The position numbers and the translations under genes were made by a program. 64,000 nucleotides of DNA from Setoptus koraiensis. Taxonomy: Eukaryota; Animalia; Arthropoda. The notes beneath the pieces were generated by a model, which saw nothing but the letters and a program-made list of their open reading frames with translations, was not told where the DNA came from and ran no database searches. Positions 46,801 to 59,900 of the stretch are shown here, in pieces. Within the stretch, counting starts at the first letter, position 1, and each line of letters opens with the position of its first letter. The stretch lies in contig CM106585.1 of NCBI GenBank assembly GCA_048013815.1, forward strand, positions 13,330,001 to 13,394,000. The letters run 5' to 3'.

Positions 46801-49800
46801 ATTTGTTAGCTAAACAAACACCTCTCGCCGATATCACTGGCAGACTCAACTGGCCGGCAGACTGCGCTGCAGCGATATCAACTATCACAGCGTTGCTTGC
46901 CGGGCCAGCAAAAACAAGTGGCCAGAGGGACCAATTTGCACCGATCTAGCCAGCAACCGATAGTGGCGCGCCAGCCGATAGGTGGCAGTGCACAATTATG
47001 TGAGCCTTGCAGTCGAGACTGTTTGGGCCGGTTGTCACTGGTCGTGCCCATCGACCCGACGCGCTTGTCGGCGCGAAGAGCCCGAGGTGCTGCAGGCTAG
47101 TGAGCTGTGTGTCATGGTGTGTATGTTGGTCGAATGGTTGCAATGAATTCTCCATGACAAGCGAGTGTCATGATTGCGCAACGCATATCGTCGTGAACTC
47201 TAATCAATGATCACGGAGAAAGTTGGCACGGCTCGAGTTCACTCGCTCTCACTTGTTTTTTGCCCGCCGAGAAGCGATCTCGCTGACGCCGACCACTCTA
47301 ACTGTTTGAGTGCGCCTGTCTGGTGGCCTCGAAACTCTCGCAACAGACGCTTATCGCCAGACAAAATCATCATTTTAATCATTTGATATACACTATTATC
47401 GGTTCCATGCGATTCATTCATTACTGTAACGAGATCATTATCATGGCAGCAAAGAGGGCAACATACGTCATACCGCTAGTGGAGAGAGTCGTCATACCAG
47501 AGTGAGCTGGCCAACACTGGCAACATGATGATCCCAAATGATGGCGGCAAGCTCAAAAAATTGCGCCGCAGCGGCTTTTTGCAGGACAGCGAGCAAGCCC
47601 GATCTAGATAAGGCCAGGCGAGGGCAGATAAATAAGCGAGATAAATAATTATTATTGCCGGACAAACTGATTGGCATGTAAGATATACTGGACAGGGGAT
47701 CATTAGCACCGGCAAGGTTTCACGGTGTGACTAATGAATTGCAGAAAGAAGCCCGAGGTGCAATGTCAGTGGACTGTATCACTTTTGCTCTCCGACGCTT
47801 GCTCCGACGTTTGATCGAGTGTTTGCTTTTGGTCGACGATCCTGCGACCAATGCGGCCGTTTTTGCGTTTCGCAAACTCAACGCCGATCATTGATTCCAT
47901 TCATGGATGGATAGCTTGATCTTGTTTGCGATCCGCTGTCGGGTAGACCATCGGCAGCGGCAGCTGACACAACGCAATCAATGCTAAATATGCAAGCCGC
48001 AAACAAGCGGCCCGCTAACAATAAATGTGAGTTTGCGCTGACTAACCAACTGGCTCGCAATTCCAGCGGATCACTCATTAGACGCAGGCCGGGTGGATTG
48101 AGCAAGTGGCAAACAATGACGACTTGTTGCTTGTTTTTGTTGCCTCAACATCTTCTTGCAAGATATATATATATATATACATATACAGGTATACAAGAGC
48201 AGCGCCAGGCAATTGTGGGCAACACAATGATGTCGCCTTGAACTGGCTGCCTGAAAAACTGCCGTCAGACACTGTTTCATCAGCAACAACAACGGCATGA
48301 TGTAGCCATGGCAGCCGATCGGCCTCTATCACATCGCAGACTAGGCGAGCCGTGATACTGCTCTATTGGTGTCTTTTTGCAATACTTATATATACTTCAA
48401 CCCTCTAGCCTGTCTGTCGGCCTGTATGTTATACATACACAAATTGATTTGTCATCTGGTCACATACGAACACAGACAAAACAATTGTCTCACCTGGATA
48501 TTTAATAGTGCTCGCTCTAACGGCATCTCGTCTAACGGCCCGACACAAATAACTCTCTCGCTCTCTCGTTACAATCACCCAACAACTACATTAACAAGTG
48601 TGCCTGCGCAACAACAACAGCAACAACAACAAGTGTTTAGCTGTACCACCAGTTGATACTAAATACTTACTGCTTGTTATCGATAGTCATTAACTACTAC
48701 AATTGCTCGAGTTGAGATCAAATCATCGAATCAATCTTACTCATGTTATGAGCTACTCACTTTGCCTCGCCGATACACCCAGTGGCTGTTGTCGCGCACA
48801 ACACAAGCGGCTAAACAAAAACTTTAGACACTGTCAACTATGCAAAGCTACACTAACTCAATCAATTATTATCAGTTATTGTATTTATTTCGAGCGCACA
48901 TGCCTGGCGTTAGCGTTGGGCCCGGCGAGCAACATTCCAGAGAGCGCAGCTTGAAGCTTGAAAAAAAACGAGCATCTATGAGCGATTTTTTGGGCTGCGC
49001 GCAACATGCGCACAGCTCAATCTTCGAGCCTCAATGGGCGATTTTTGTTCGACTGCGCACAACAATATCAAAGTCGTGCAAACAGTTGGCAAAGCCATCA
49101 TGAGTTAACCCATTAATGGGCTAATCTCGCGTTGTGAACGCGCACAACACGAAATTAGTGCGTTGATGGCTGTTTTTAGGGCGCTCGCAGATATGCCTTC
49201 GAAGGCAATCTCCGCAGCGCCGAAGTGCCAACAAACGAACAAAACGGCCGATTTATTTTCCCATGAATAGTGGCCACATTCTTATCGTCATGTAATAGCA
49301 TACTTGTATTGGTGCTGATGAATTGCAACTACTGTTGCTACTGTATGCTGTATAATCAGCATGCAACAGCAACTTGTATGCTGATTAGGCTCAATTTCAG
49401 CCGTGCAGAATGTCGGTCAGAGAGCGAGCACGTACACGCTGAGTTGATGCCATTGACCAGTCTCCGTCAAGGACAGATTGGCATTGATATTGTGTAGTAG
49501 CCGAGTTTCGCTATTTCAACTGCTATCTTTTCACTACTACATTTCAACTACTAAACATATAGACGACTTGTCGGTTATATTGCGCGTCGCCGCGCTACCA
49601 TTTCGGTTTCCACAACACGGTGGCTTACACGCCATTATCATTGTGATATCATTGTCTAATTTTTGTCAGCCTTAGGTGCAGCAGGTGCGGCGGCGCCCAC
49701 GCCACCGATTTAGTGGCAAGAAGTTGAATGAGCGAGTGCTCAAGTTACTTTTATTTCAATTGTATGCTAATTGGGGGGCATCCAACACATGATGGCATCT

Positions 49801-51880
49801 GTCGCGTCATCTAATAATAAGCGAATTATAAATATACATATAAATATCCAATTTCGCCTACTCTCAATGCAACTAACCTTGTCAATTGCGTCTACTTACG
49901 TAGTCGGCACTGCTGACGAGTCGGCCTGCCGATCTGGCGGACACCGCGATCGCCCGACACAATGCACAATACACAATGAACAATGCACAATAAACAAAAT
50001 AACGAAATCTTTAATAAGCAGACTCTCTGGCATGACAAGACGGCGTCTCATCGTCAATGTCGCAACTGACAGTCTGCTCAGAGTAGTTATCGCAATATGC
50101 GGCTTGCAATCAATCTTTTCGCACACGACGCGATCATCGCGATTTGTTCTCGGAAACACGCTCAAATTTCAAGTTTATAACAACAAGAGCGATGACGATG
50201 CCAGCGCGTCGCGGAACAAACGCGATCTAGGTGAGAGCAATCGTGACTGTGACACCGACCGGTGCGAGATGACATTGGAATTAGTGCGATACAGTCAGAG
50301 GAGACACTTCGCCTTGGCGAATGGTGATGGCGTGCTTGCTTGGCTTGATTGCGCGATCTTGATGTTGATCTGTCACCCTGACTGCGATAACAATCTATCG
50401 GCGGCGTAATATTAGCGCGCTGTCAGGTTGTTTGTGCAATAATAGCCCGGCTCGTCAGCGTCTGCCGGCCCGTCGGCTCGTCAGCTCGGCGAGCAAATCC
50501 GCTTTGACGCCAGGCGAGCGGCAGCAAACAACATTACCAGTCAGATATGGCAATAAATTAATGATAACGGCCCGCAATCAGGGCCGAAAGCCTATGGGCG
50601 ACCAACGGGCTCTCGTCGACGCGATATCGTCAATCATTGTTGGCCGTTTCCCGTTTGATTCACGTGGCTCGCTCGCCGGGTATCTCTTTCCACTGTTGTG
50701 CTGTTGATGGCGCAGCTGACTGGCGATGAAGTGGCTGGCACTGACTGCCAATTGGCAATCGGTTGAGCTGCCCGGCCGGCCGGCCGGTCAGGCCAATTGG
50801 CCGACGTCGAGCACAATGGCCTACGGGAAACACAAGCGTATGTGAGTGTTGCGAATTCGAATCGGATCGGATCAGATCGGATTCATTTGTTGTTCGAGCA
50901 ACAAGTGCGACTCGCCGACTTTCTGCAACTTTCTGTCGGCCATCGGGCCGGCCAACAATGGCTTGTGGCTTGCGGCCGTCAAATGCGCGTTAGGCGCGCG
51001 CGCTCTTGGCGCGACCTTGGCATCACGAGACGACCGACGAGTGGCCGGCCGAGCGGCCTAACCAACGAGCTTGTGCGAGCTGCAAAGCGAAAGTTGAAAT
51101 TATAATAGCGCCTGACGTGAGCGCGATAGTTGGGCACGGTGAAATTGTGAAAGAATTGTGAGATAGTTAGACGCTGGCAACAGTGCTCTCGCTCGCTCGC
51201 TTGTTTGTTGTTTGTTCTAACTGTGTGAGTGCACTTGTCAGCTGTCGTAATCACATTGTTTCATCATTATATGCTGTTTCAATGTTCAATGTTACGTTGT
51301 GATGCCCGCCAATTGGAGTGCCCACGCAAGAGAGCGCGACTGCAATTGCGGCGAGCGGGCCAACGAGCGACGAGCTAGCCAACGAGCGATACGACGGCCA
51401 CAGATACGCACAATTGCGGCGAGCAACGGCGAGCGACAACGCAATTCGTGGGCCAATTGGCATGGGCGACGAAAGAGTGCCGATTGGAGCCAGCTCGCAC
51501 CGACAAAATCGCACCAACAAAATGCGAAATGTTGCACGGCGACCCGAGCCAGCCAGACAAAGCGCGTCAGTTCATTTGTCATTGCATGTTGCCCGTTGTT
51601 GGGCATTGTCGTGGCCGTTGTTGCGCATTTTTGTGGCCGTTGTCACGCTGACGAGACGGCGAGATGGCAAGATATTGCTGGCGTGAGCCGATCGACGACG
51701 CGATAATGATAAACGCGAGCGAAACGGGACAGCACGCGCCTTCGTGACGCACCGTCGCGAGATGTCGACTGTCGTTGGCTCGACTGTTGCTGGCTGTTGC
51801 TGCCGGCACGGCCAGTGACACTTATGGGTCTCGCTTTCGGCGACGTGAGAACGCGAGCGAGCGAGTCGCTCGCCACAAAT

Positions 51881-51952
51881 TTCGCCAATTCCGCCAGTTT
51901 CGCCAATTCCGCCAGTTTCGCCAATTTGGCCAATTTCGCGAATTGTGTGAAT
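51881..51952. repeat. 9-bp minisatellite with 18-bp higher-order start (TTCGCCAAT/TCCGCCAGT), 8 units
   Basis: Units read directly (A-B-A-B-A, then degenerating). Confidence 0.85.
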
Positions 51953-53490
51953 TTCGCATACTTTGAGATCGGGCCAGAGGTTGAACGAGAGCGGCGACGT
52001 AAACAAACACACGCACCAAAACAATTACAGCGAGCAAAGCGAGAGCAACCTGTTATTTTCGTATCACAACACTGTCAGTCTTGACAGCGCCTGGCCAGCG
52101 GTCAGCCGAAGGGGACGCGGTGAAAGAGAATCCGGTCGGCCGGTGCCATGTGAAACAAAGGCAACAAATCAATTGTGCGCCGCTTGCCCGTTGAGTGGCG
52201 CACAGGTGAATTGTCGCTAATTGGTACTTCCCTAACTGTCTGCGCCGCTCTCGTTTGCCGTGCCGTCGACAACTGCAACAACTAACCGTTGTCGCCGTTG
52301 TTGTCGCTGTTGTTGTTGTTGTCGTTGTCGTTGTTGTCGCTCGCCGCTCGCAACACACCATCAAACGCAGAAAATAGTGGAGCAAACATTGAATAATAAA
52401 ATAATATCCACAGTAAACAAGCAAGCTGCGTCGCCCGCCGAGACCGGTAGATGGCCGCTTGACGGCGATTCGGTCAATTCGCTGTCAACCGGACAACGAT
52501 GCTCGTGACGGCTGTTGCCGGCAACAAGTCAGACATTGACTTGCTGCCATCAATGTCAGCTGACAATTGCATGCAAATGATTGATACACCTGTAAGCTGG
52601 ACAGGAAAATATAGGGCAGCACAACAAGCGACACACACACACACTCATACAGAGTGTGTAACGGTTACACAGTTCGCGACAGGTAAGTTCAGGCCACACA
52701 CACACACACACACAAAGTGACTGACACACGGCAATCGAGCAGGAATTAGGCAACAACAACACTGATCACATGTTACACGCAACTTGAGTGTGTGTGTGTG
52801 TGCGTGTTGCATGCGCGTTCACCTGTTGTCTTGTGTAACTGTCACTTTAATTGTTGTTTACTCATGTGCTGAGATAATCCTTTCCAGATTACGCCAGTCG
52901 ACCACTGACAGTTGCCCTGCGGCCCGTTGTCAGCATGCGTAACATGCTTAATTTAATGCTTGACGGCAATTACGGTAACTGCATGAGCTGAACTGTCATG
53001 GCCGGCCGGCTCACATGATTGACCATTTCAACGGTCACCTGTTGCCTCATCTAATGACGGCGCGCACATATCGCTGCTCATTATTACGCTGTCTTGATAG
53101 CTCACAAGTCTTGTCAGCTGATTCATCGAATCATTCATCAGCTGATGATGGCCGGTGATCGGTGATGTGATTGATGCGGCGGATCTCGTCGTATTTGTTG
53201 ACAGTGCGACTTCATTATCATTCGAATCACTTTCACTCACAAGTGTCAGCTTACCGAGCGAGCCGAGTGAAAGTGACCCGATGCTGGGCTTGCGACGGGC
53301 GAGTTGCTGGCCGTCGCAGCGAGCAGCACCCCCAAGCAATTTGAGGTGACAGCTGACAAACAGCTGATTGAGCGAGCCGAGTGCCACTCTGGTCCGGCCT
53401 GGCCGATGGGCGCCACCGACCGACATGCTTGCCGGCGGTGCTCGCGCACCCCAGTGGGCTTGTCGAGCTAGACAATTCTGCGCAATGTTT

Positions 53491-53589
53491 GCAACAACAG
53501 CGCAACAACAGCGCAACAACAGCACAACAACAGCGCAACAACAACGCAACAACAACGCAACAACAACGCAACAACAGCGCAACATCAAC
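53491..53589. repeat. 11-bp minisatellite GCAACAACA(G/A)C x9
   Basis: Nine contiguous units read directly. Confidence 0.9.
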
Positions 53590-53875
53590 AACGAAAGCAA
53601 GTGTGCGCAGCTTGGAACCTCAGCCACCAAGCTAGCAAGCGCAAGGTATTATGCAACATCGTCTTGACACACACAGACTGCACTGCGACAGGCTGGCTTC
53701 TCCCCTCAGTGGTTGGCATGCCAACAGCAACAGGTGCCGTTATCGCTGGCCGTTATCACAAGCTAGCCTGATGATACACACAACATGTGATTGACATATC
53801 TCTAGTTGGCTCTGTTGGCATCTCCGGTGTGTCACTACTTGTTTGTTGTTTGCGGTGCCGCTGTTTGGTGGCGTC

Positions 53876-53876
<1 letters not shown>

Positions 53877-53922
<46 letters not shown>
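53877..53922. repeat. (AC)23 microsatellite
   Basis: Perfect run read directly. Confidence 0.95.
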
Positions 53923-53925
<3 letters not shown>

Positions 53926-56900
53926 AAGTGACATATAGCGGCAACAAGCGAGCCAACTATCAGCTGTCGGTCTGTCTGATTCCGACAGACAAACAACATC
54001 GGACGCATAAACAGCAAACAGACAGACAGGCAGGCAAACAAATGAACAAACAAAACATTCGCTCGCTCGCTGGCTATTGCATCACGTTCGACGCTGACAG
54101 TGCACCGCCAGCAACAACAACAACGACAACAACAACAGCAACGACAACAACAACAGCTGACTAGATTTGCTTGTGACACAAGCTACGCAACTTGCTAAAA
54201 TCACGCTGTCTGTCATTCATCAATGCCAGCCAGCAATATGATAGAGGCGAGTATTGCGCAATGACGCCGCACATTCACCCAGCAAGCTTGCCGAGCGGCC
54301 AACAACAAACAATCAACGATCGACAATCAACTGGCTAACAGTGTGTGTGTGTGTGTGTGTGTCGGCTGGCCTGTGAGACACATGATCGCCGGTAGCGATG
54401 ATGTAACTGCAGTTACATCATCACAGCACAAACTGTCTTGAGAGGCCACTGTCACTGTTGATCGCATGTATTCGTCATCGTTGTCATTTGGCCTCTACGA
54501 CAATAATCACCTGATAATCGTTGTACGCTAACCACGACACGACAAGGCAAGACCGTTAGCCGTGTCAGCACTGTGTGTGTGTGTGTGTTTGTCAAGGCTC
54601 GTTGTCAACATGGCTGAATTAACCAAATAAGACAAGCTAGTTGCGGTGTGTTGATTGCTGTCGTCGTTGCTTGTCGCTGTCGTCGTTGCTTGTCGCTGTC
54701 GTCGTTGCTTGTTGCTGTTGTCGCTGTTTTCGCCGTGTACAGGTGCGCGCAGGGCGAGCCGCTGACAACAACAACAACGACAACAACAACGACAACAACA
54801 AGTGAAAACATGGAACAAAAATGCATACCTTTACATACCATTTCAGCCAGTCGCTGTTTGCTGTCGGCTGTGGCCCGACAACAAACAACAACTGTCACTT
54901 ATCAATGCCACCGGTCGATTAGACAGCCACTTGACAGTGGCCCAAGTGTCGCTGCAGCCGGCGAGCCGGTCCACATTTGAGATTGTCCGAGGGCAGCCCG
55001 GCGCCGGTCAGCTACGGGCCGACCGGCCGATCAGATGATCAGTGAGGGGATGACGGGCGACCAGAGATGACGGATCGATATGCTAGCTTGTTCTCGCTTA
55101 GTGTAGCTTGATTTGATTTGAGGGGTCGCGCCCGACTGCACGCCAATCGTACGCGAGATAATTAGCGACAACAAGACAAGCCGCGGGCCAACGGCCAAAA
55201 AACAGAGCTGTTGTTTATCAACTCATCAAGCTACCAAGAGCCAATTAGTCGTCATTTGTGAGCGCCGTGCCGGGGCGTGAACGAGCATTGATTGGGGGGC
55301 CTGGCTGGCCGCCGGCCAGTGCAATAATATTATTGCTATCATTGTTGTAGATGCGCCAATCAATCTAATGTCGGGCGTGTCGGGCCGGCGGATATATTTT
55401 GGCTTGATTGCGAGCGCTACTGTGCCTTGTTACTGTTGTTTGTCACCTCAATTAGACTGCTACTACAATACTGGCCAGCGGCAAAATTTGTTGTAGTAGC
55501 TTGCTGCTGATTGGTACTAATTTGCATATCAAATTATTATTATATGTTGTTGTTACACTACATGTTGGCCGAGATCGATGAGTGATTGTTTGGCCCGTCG
55601 AAGCGTCACTCGCTCATTTGGGCTCACAACGAGGCCTGACACAATGCGCTGACAAATTGGCCCCAACAGCCAATTTGTCAGCGGCTTGCGACCAACTTGA
55701 CGAGCGCTTTCAGCGGCCTGTTATCGGGGCTAATCCGCTGGCGGCAGCAATTTTCCAGCGGCCAGCAGTGCAAATCCGACCCACCTCAGTCAGTCAGTAA
55801 GTGAGTCGCTCATGAGCCGATGAGGGTCGCCATCATGCGCGCCTTTGTCGACCACCGGATAAATTACCAGATTCGCACAATTTATCCAGCAATTTATCTG
55901 GCAATTTATCTGGCTTACGTGTTGGCGCCAAGTTGGTCAATCTGTCAACTTTTGGCACTTGCCGCTGGTCCGTTTGCAAGTGCAACTGCGTTTGAGCCAT
56001 TGTGTTGCATCGGCAGCGATCAGCCATCAGCGGCCCGACACTCGCATCAATTACAACGGACAACGGTGTGCGCTCGATCAATTCAACAATTAATCGATGC
56101 CCGCGCTAATCAGGCGGCCCGTGAATTGGCTGCCCGATCGCAAGAGCGCCCGGCCGGCCTGGGCCACTCTCTGTTTATCCGGATAAACAGAGTCGAACAC
56201 AACTGAATGGCCAGACTTGGCCGGATGAGCGGCAACAACGGTGCAGCTCATTAACCAGCAACATTAATCGAGCGGCCATTTGGCGCTGCTGGCTTGGCGC
56301 TTTGTGCTCAACGGGCCATTCAATCGCAAGCGGGCTCTGTTGTCGGAGTCACAAATGAGTGTCCGACTCCGATTTGTGATATAATACGATGATAAAATGG
56401 AATTTTTGATTAGAAACAGCCGGCCCGGTCAGACGGGCATCGGGCAGGCGATCAAATGAGCGGATCGTGAGCGTCGCTGTGATTGATCGGCGCACCAGAT
56501 CGGCGCCGGAGTTTCCACACTCTGTTTGTTATCAAACACAACAAGTGGCTGCGTTGGGCGCGCCGAGACAATGCATGCCGGCAACCGGCCACTGGGCCGG
56601 CTTGTCACCTGTCGGGCCCATTGGTTGTTGGGCCGTTTGATATTCCAAGGCAGGGCTTGCGATGGCCCCCGATACGATTGGACGCGATTAAACGTGATTC
56701 AACGCCGGCCAGCCGAGCGGTGACACTCGCCAGGCGATGATCATTAACGCTCGCCGGTGTTGGCTCGGCTTTCTCCTCTTTTGGACCGAGCAGGGCCAAA
56801 GTTCATTGATTTTGGCTGATTTTGCAGGTTTTATCTACCTAGCAATGAGTTGAGGCAGCCAACGACGCCTCTAGTTAGCCAACATAGGGCTCAATCCTGA

Positions 56901-59900
56901 ACAATCTCGCCTAAAGTCTGCCCACAGCTAACCGTGGATTCTGAGCAAAAAGCCACCTAGGCAGTGTTTTTCATTCTCACTGGCAGCGGCTGAGCGGGCC
57001 AACGTTCGTTAGTGCGATCGGATCGCGTCGGATCGGACAGGATCAAGCGGCTAATAGTCGACTCGGCTGGCAAAAAGCGTCTGTCTGTTGGCAGTATTGT
57101 GTGGCATTGCGACTCGATTAAATTGCACAAGTGACTGGCCGCGAAACAAACCAACTGGCTTCAAAGCTGATAATTGTTCGCGACTGGCTCGCCGTATACC
57201 ACACAATGGAGAGTGTCCACCGGCTGTCGGGCTAGACACTCTCTATTATATAGATTATCGCACTAATGTCGCTAATATTCAACAACTACACACTAGTGCG
57301 CTGAGAATGTGTGAGAAACTTATAACTAATTTAGCAATCTATTCTTGGTCGTCGCTGAGAACGACAACAACAACAACAACGGCCACCAATTTTCAGCCAG
57401 ACAGCGTCGCAACTCAAAATCAAATCAGGCTCACGATCTCGCACACACACACACATGAGAGACAGGCCGTGTTTATTAGTGAAGTATTGTGTGAATTCAA
57501 TCACAGACATTCTAAATTTATCCATTTATTAAAGCTCATGATTGTATAATAATTATTATTTTCCAATCGTTACCAGCCACAACTGGCCAGTTTACCGGTC
57601 TGGTCGGGACAGCCGGCCGGCAATCACTGTCTTGCTGTCTCGGTTGTGTATTGTGTGGATCGGTCGGTTGCGTCCCATGCGAGTCGAGCGACAGTGATTA
57701 GAAAACTCTCAGCGCGGGTTTGGCTATTAGCCTGGCCAGCTTTGGCTGCCCATTTGTGGCTCGCTACGCAACGAGCGGATGGCTGGCATTGTTGTTATTC
57801 TGTTGTTAGGACATTGTCGCTGAGAGAATCGCCAGTATCGGCCACCGATCGCCGATTGGCCGAGCAGTAAATCGGCGGATAAGGCGAAATGAGGCAAAAT
57901 AAAGCGAAATGGATGGCAAAATGAAAGGAAATGAAGCGATGCAAGGCGATGCGAGGCGGAGCTCGATACAAAATGATACGAGACAAGACAATTTTTGGAC
58001 AATTCGCAATGCGCAGCTTGTGAGCAGCGAGCGAGCGAGAAAGACAAAAGCCGCCGCAAAATGAATCTTTTCATTTGCGTTCAATTATTTGCTCAAACAC
58101 TCAGCGTTTGCGTTGGCTCGAGCTTTAGAGCGGCGGCAACAATAGCGACAGCGCCAGAGTATCCGCGGCGTGCATCGAAAAATTGCAATGTGGCCGGCCA
58201 AACTAAACCACAGTGCAACTCCAGTGACTCGACAAACAAAAAGGCCAGCAAAACGAGCACAGGTAAACACGCCGGACAGGTGATGCAAGCGACGCTGGTC
58301 AGCGGGCAGCGTGGGAGTGAGTCACAGTGTGTTGGGTCGCCGGCAACATGGCGCTGATACGAGACGAGGCGAGAGGCCAACTGACCGTCGGTCATCCAAG
58401 AGCCGACGAGAGCCGACGAGAAGCGTCGACTAATTGAGAGTGATTGGCGCAGTGGCGCCGCTTTGCAGAGTGGCTCGACGGCGGTCTCGCCGGTCTCGCC
58501 GATCTCGCCGATCGCCAGCAACAGCGGCCGACAACAACAGCGGCCGACAACGACAGCGGCGGACGGCAACGGCAGCCGACAACCACGACAACAACAGCGG
58601 CCACTGAAGGCGAGCAAAACAATGAAACTTGGCCGGCCAACTCGATTGTGTGGTGCGCGCGAGAAACAAGTCGCTATTAGTTTGGCCGGAAAACTATCGA
58701 TCGGATCACGCTTCAACAGGTAGCACCTATTCAATCGACTGCTGGCAAATAATTTATTGCGTCATCCGGCGGCGCTGTCGCTGCTGCCGTGCAACAGGCG
58801 ATTCCTACGGCCAATAAGACAAAGGGATAGAGAGCGTGATTCGAAGCGCCTCGGCGCCGGCCAAACTGAGCGACTGGCCAGCGACTGGCCAGCAACAAGC
58901 GACTCGCCAGCGACAAGAGTCCCTTCTCGAATCGCTTTCTCGTCGCGCTCGCATGACTCATGAACAATCATGAGAGTGTCCATTATATTTGCGCATAATA
59001 TTGGCATTGCCCTGGTCCGAAAAAGCCAGCCAGCCGGCCAGCAGCGATATTGGCCATTTTTAACAGCAACAGCAACAACAGCAATTGGCCAAAAGAGAGA
59101 TGGCCACCGGATCGGATCTCACAACAATTGTTGGAACCATTGGTGTGCAGCCATCAAAAGCAAATTGCCCCACGCTGCCGTCGCCTGGGCTGAGAATGCT
59201 ACAAAACAATGCTTGTTGGTCGCATTCTTGCATTTAGCTCGCTTTCTGGCTTCAGCGCGGCCGTTCGCCTACAATGGCCGGCAAGCCGACAGGCTAAATG
59301 TCTCCGTCTGTCCGTCGCTGCGACTGTCACACTGTTGCCGGCCGGCCGGCCGGCCAGCGCCAACTGGCCGAGGTGGCCGAAGTGGCCGAGCGGCCAAGCG
59401 GCCGGCGCAATTCAATAATAGAGCACTTGTCTCATGTCACTACGCTGCCGCCGACGTCTCTTTCCTCATTTTGGCTTCTCTCGCTTCGTTTTTCTGGCTG
59501 GCCGCTCCGTTCGCCGTGCCGGCTAAGTGGCGGCAGTCTGCGCTCGTCGCTGCCGTTGTCGTTGCCGTTGTCGTTGCCGCTGTTGTTGGCGCTGTTGTTG
59601 GCGCGCAAAACAACACGAATGCTGGCGATGACAGCAGCAGCAGCAGCGACCAGATAGCCGACCACTGGAGGCGACGGCAATTAAAATAAAACTATTGTCC
59701 ATTGTTCACTGCGCTGCGCCGGCCATACGTTGTGCGACGGCGCTGTTGTCTCAAATTAGCTCGAGCGACATAACGAATAAGCGAAAAGACAATTTAAAGA
59801 TCAGTAAACGGTGTAGCATTGTTCCTCGCTCGCCGAGGCTTCTCGTCATAACGTCTCGCTCTCGGTCTCCATCTCGCCAGATCGACGAGAGATCTGCTCA

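Noticed and set aside
49771-50409. 212-aa ORF (also the 239-aa ORF at 58970 and the 213-aa ORF at 58093)
   Set aside because: Non-ATG starts, no motifs, repeat-derived segments; consistent with chance ORFs.
56885-56897. ATAGGGCTCAATC shared with ~11997-12009
   Set aside because: 13-mer matches are expected many times in 64 kb, and the flanks do not align.
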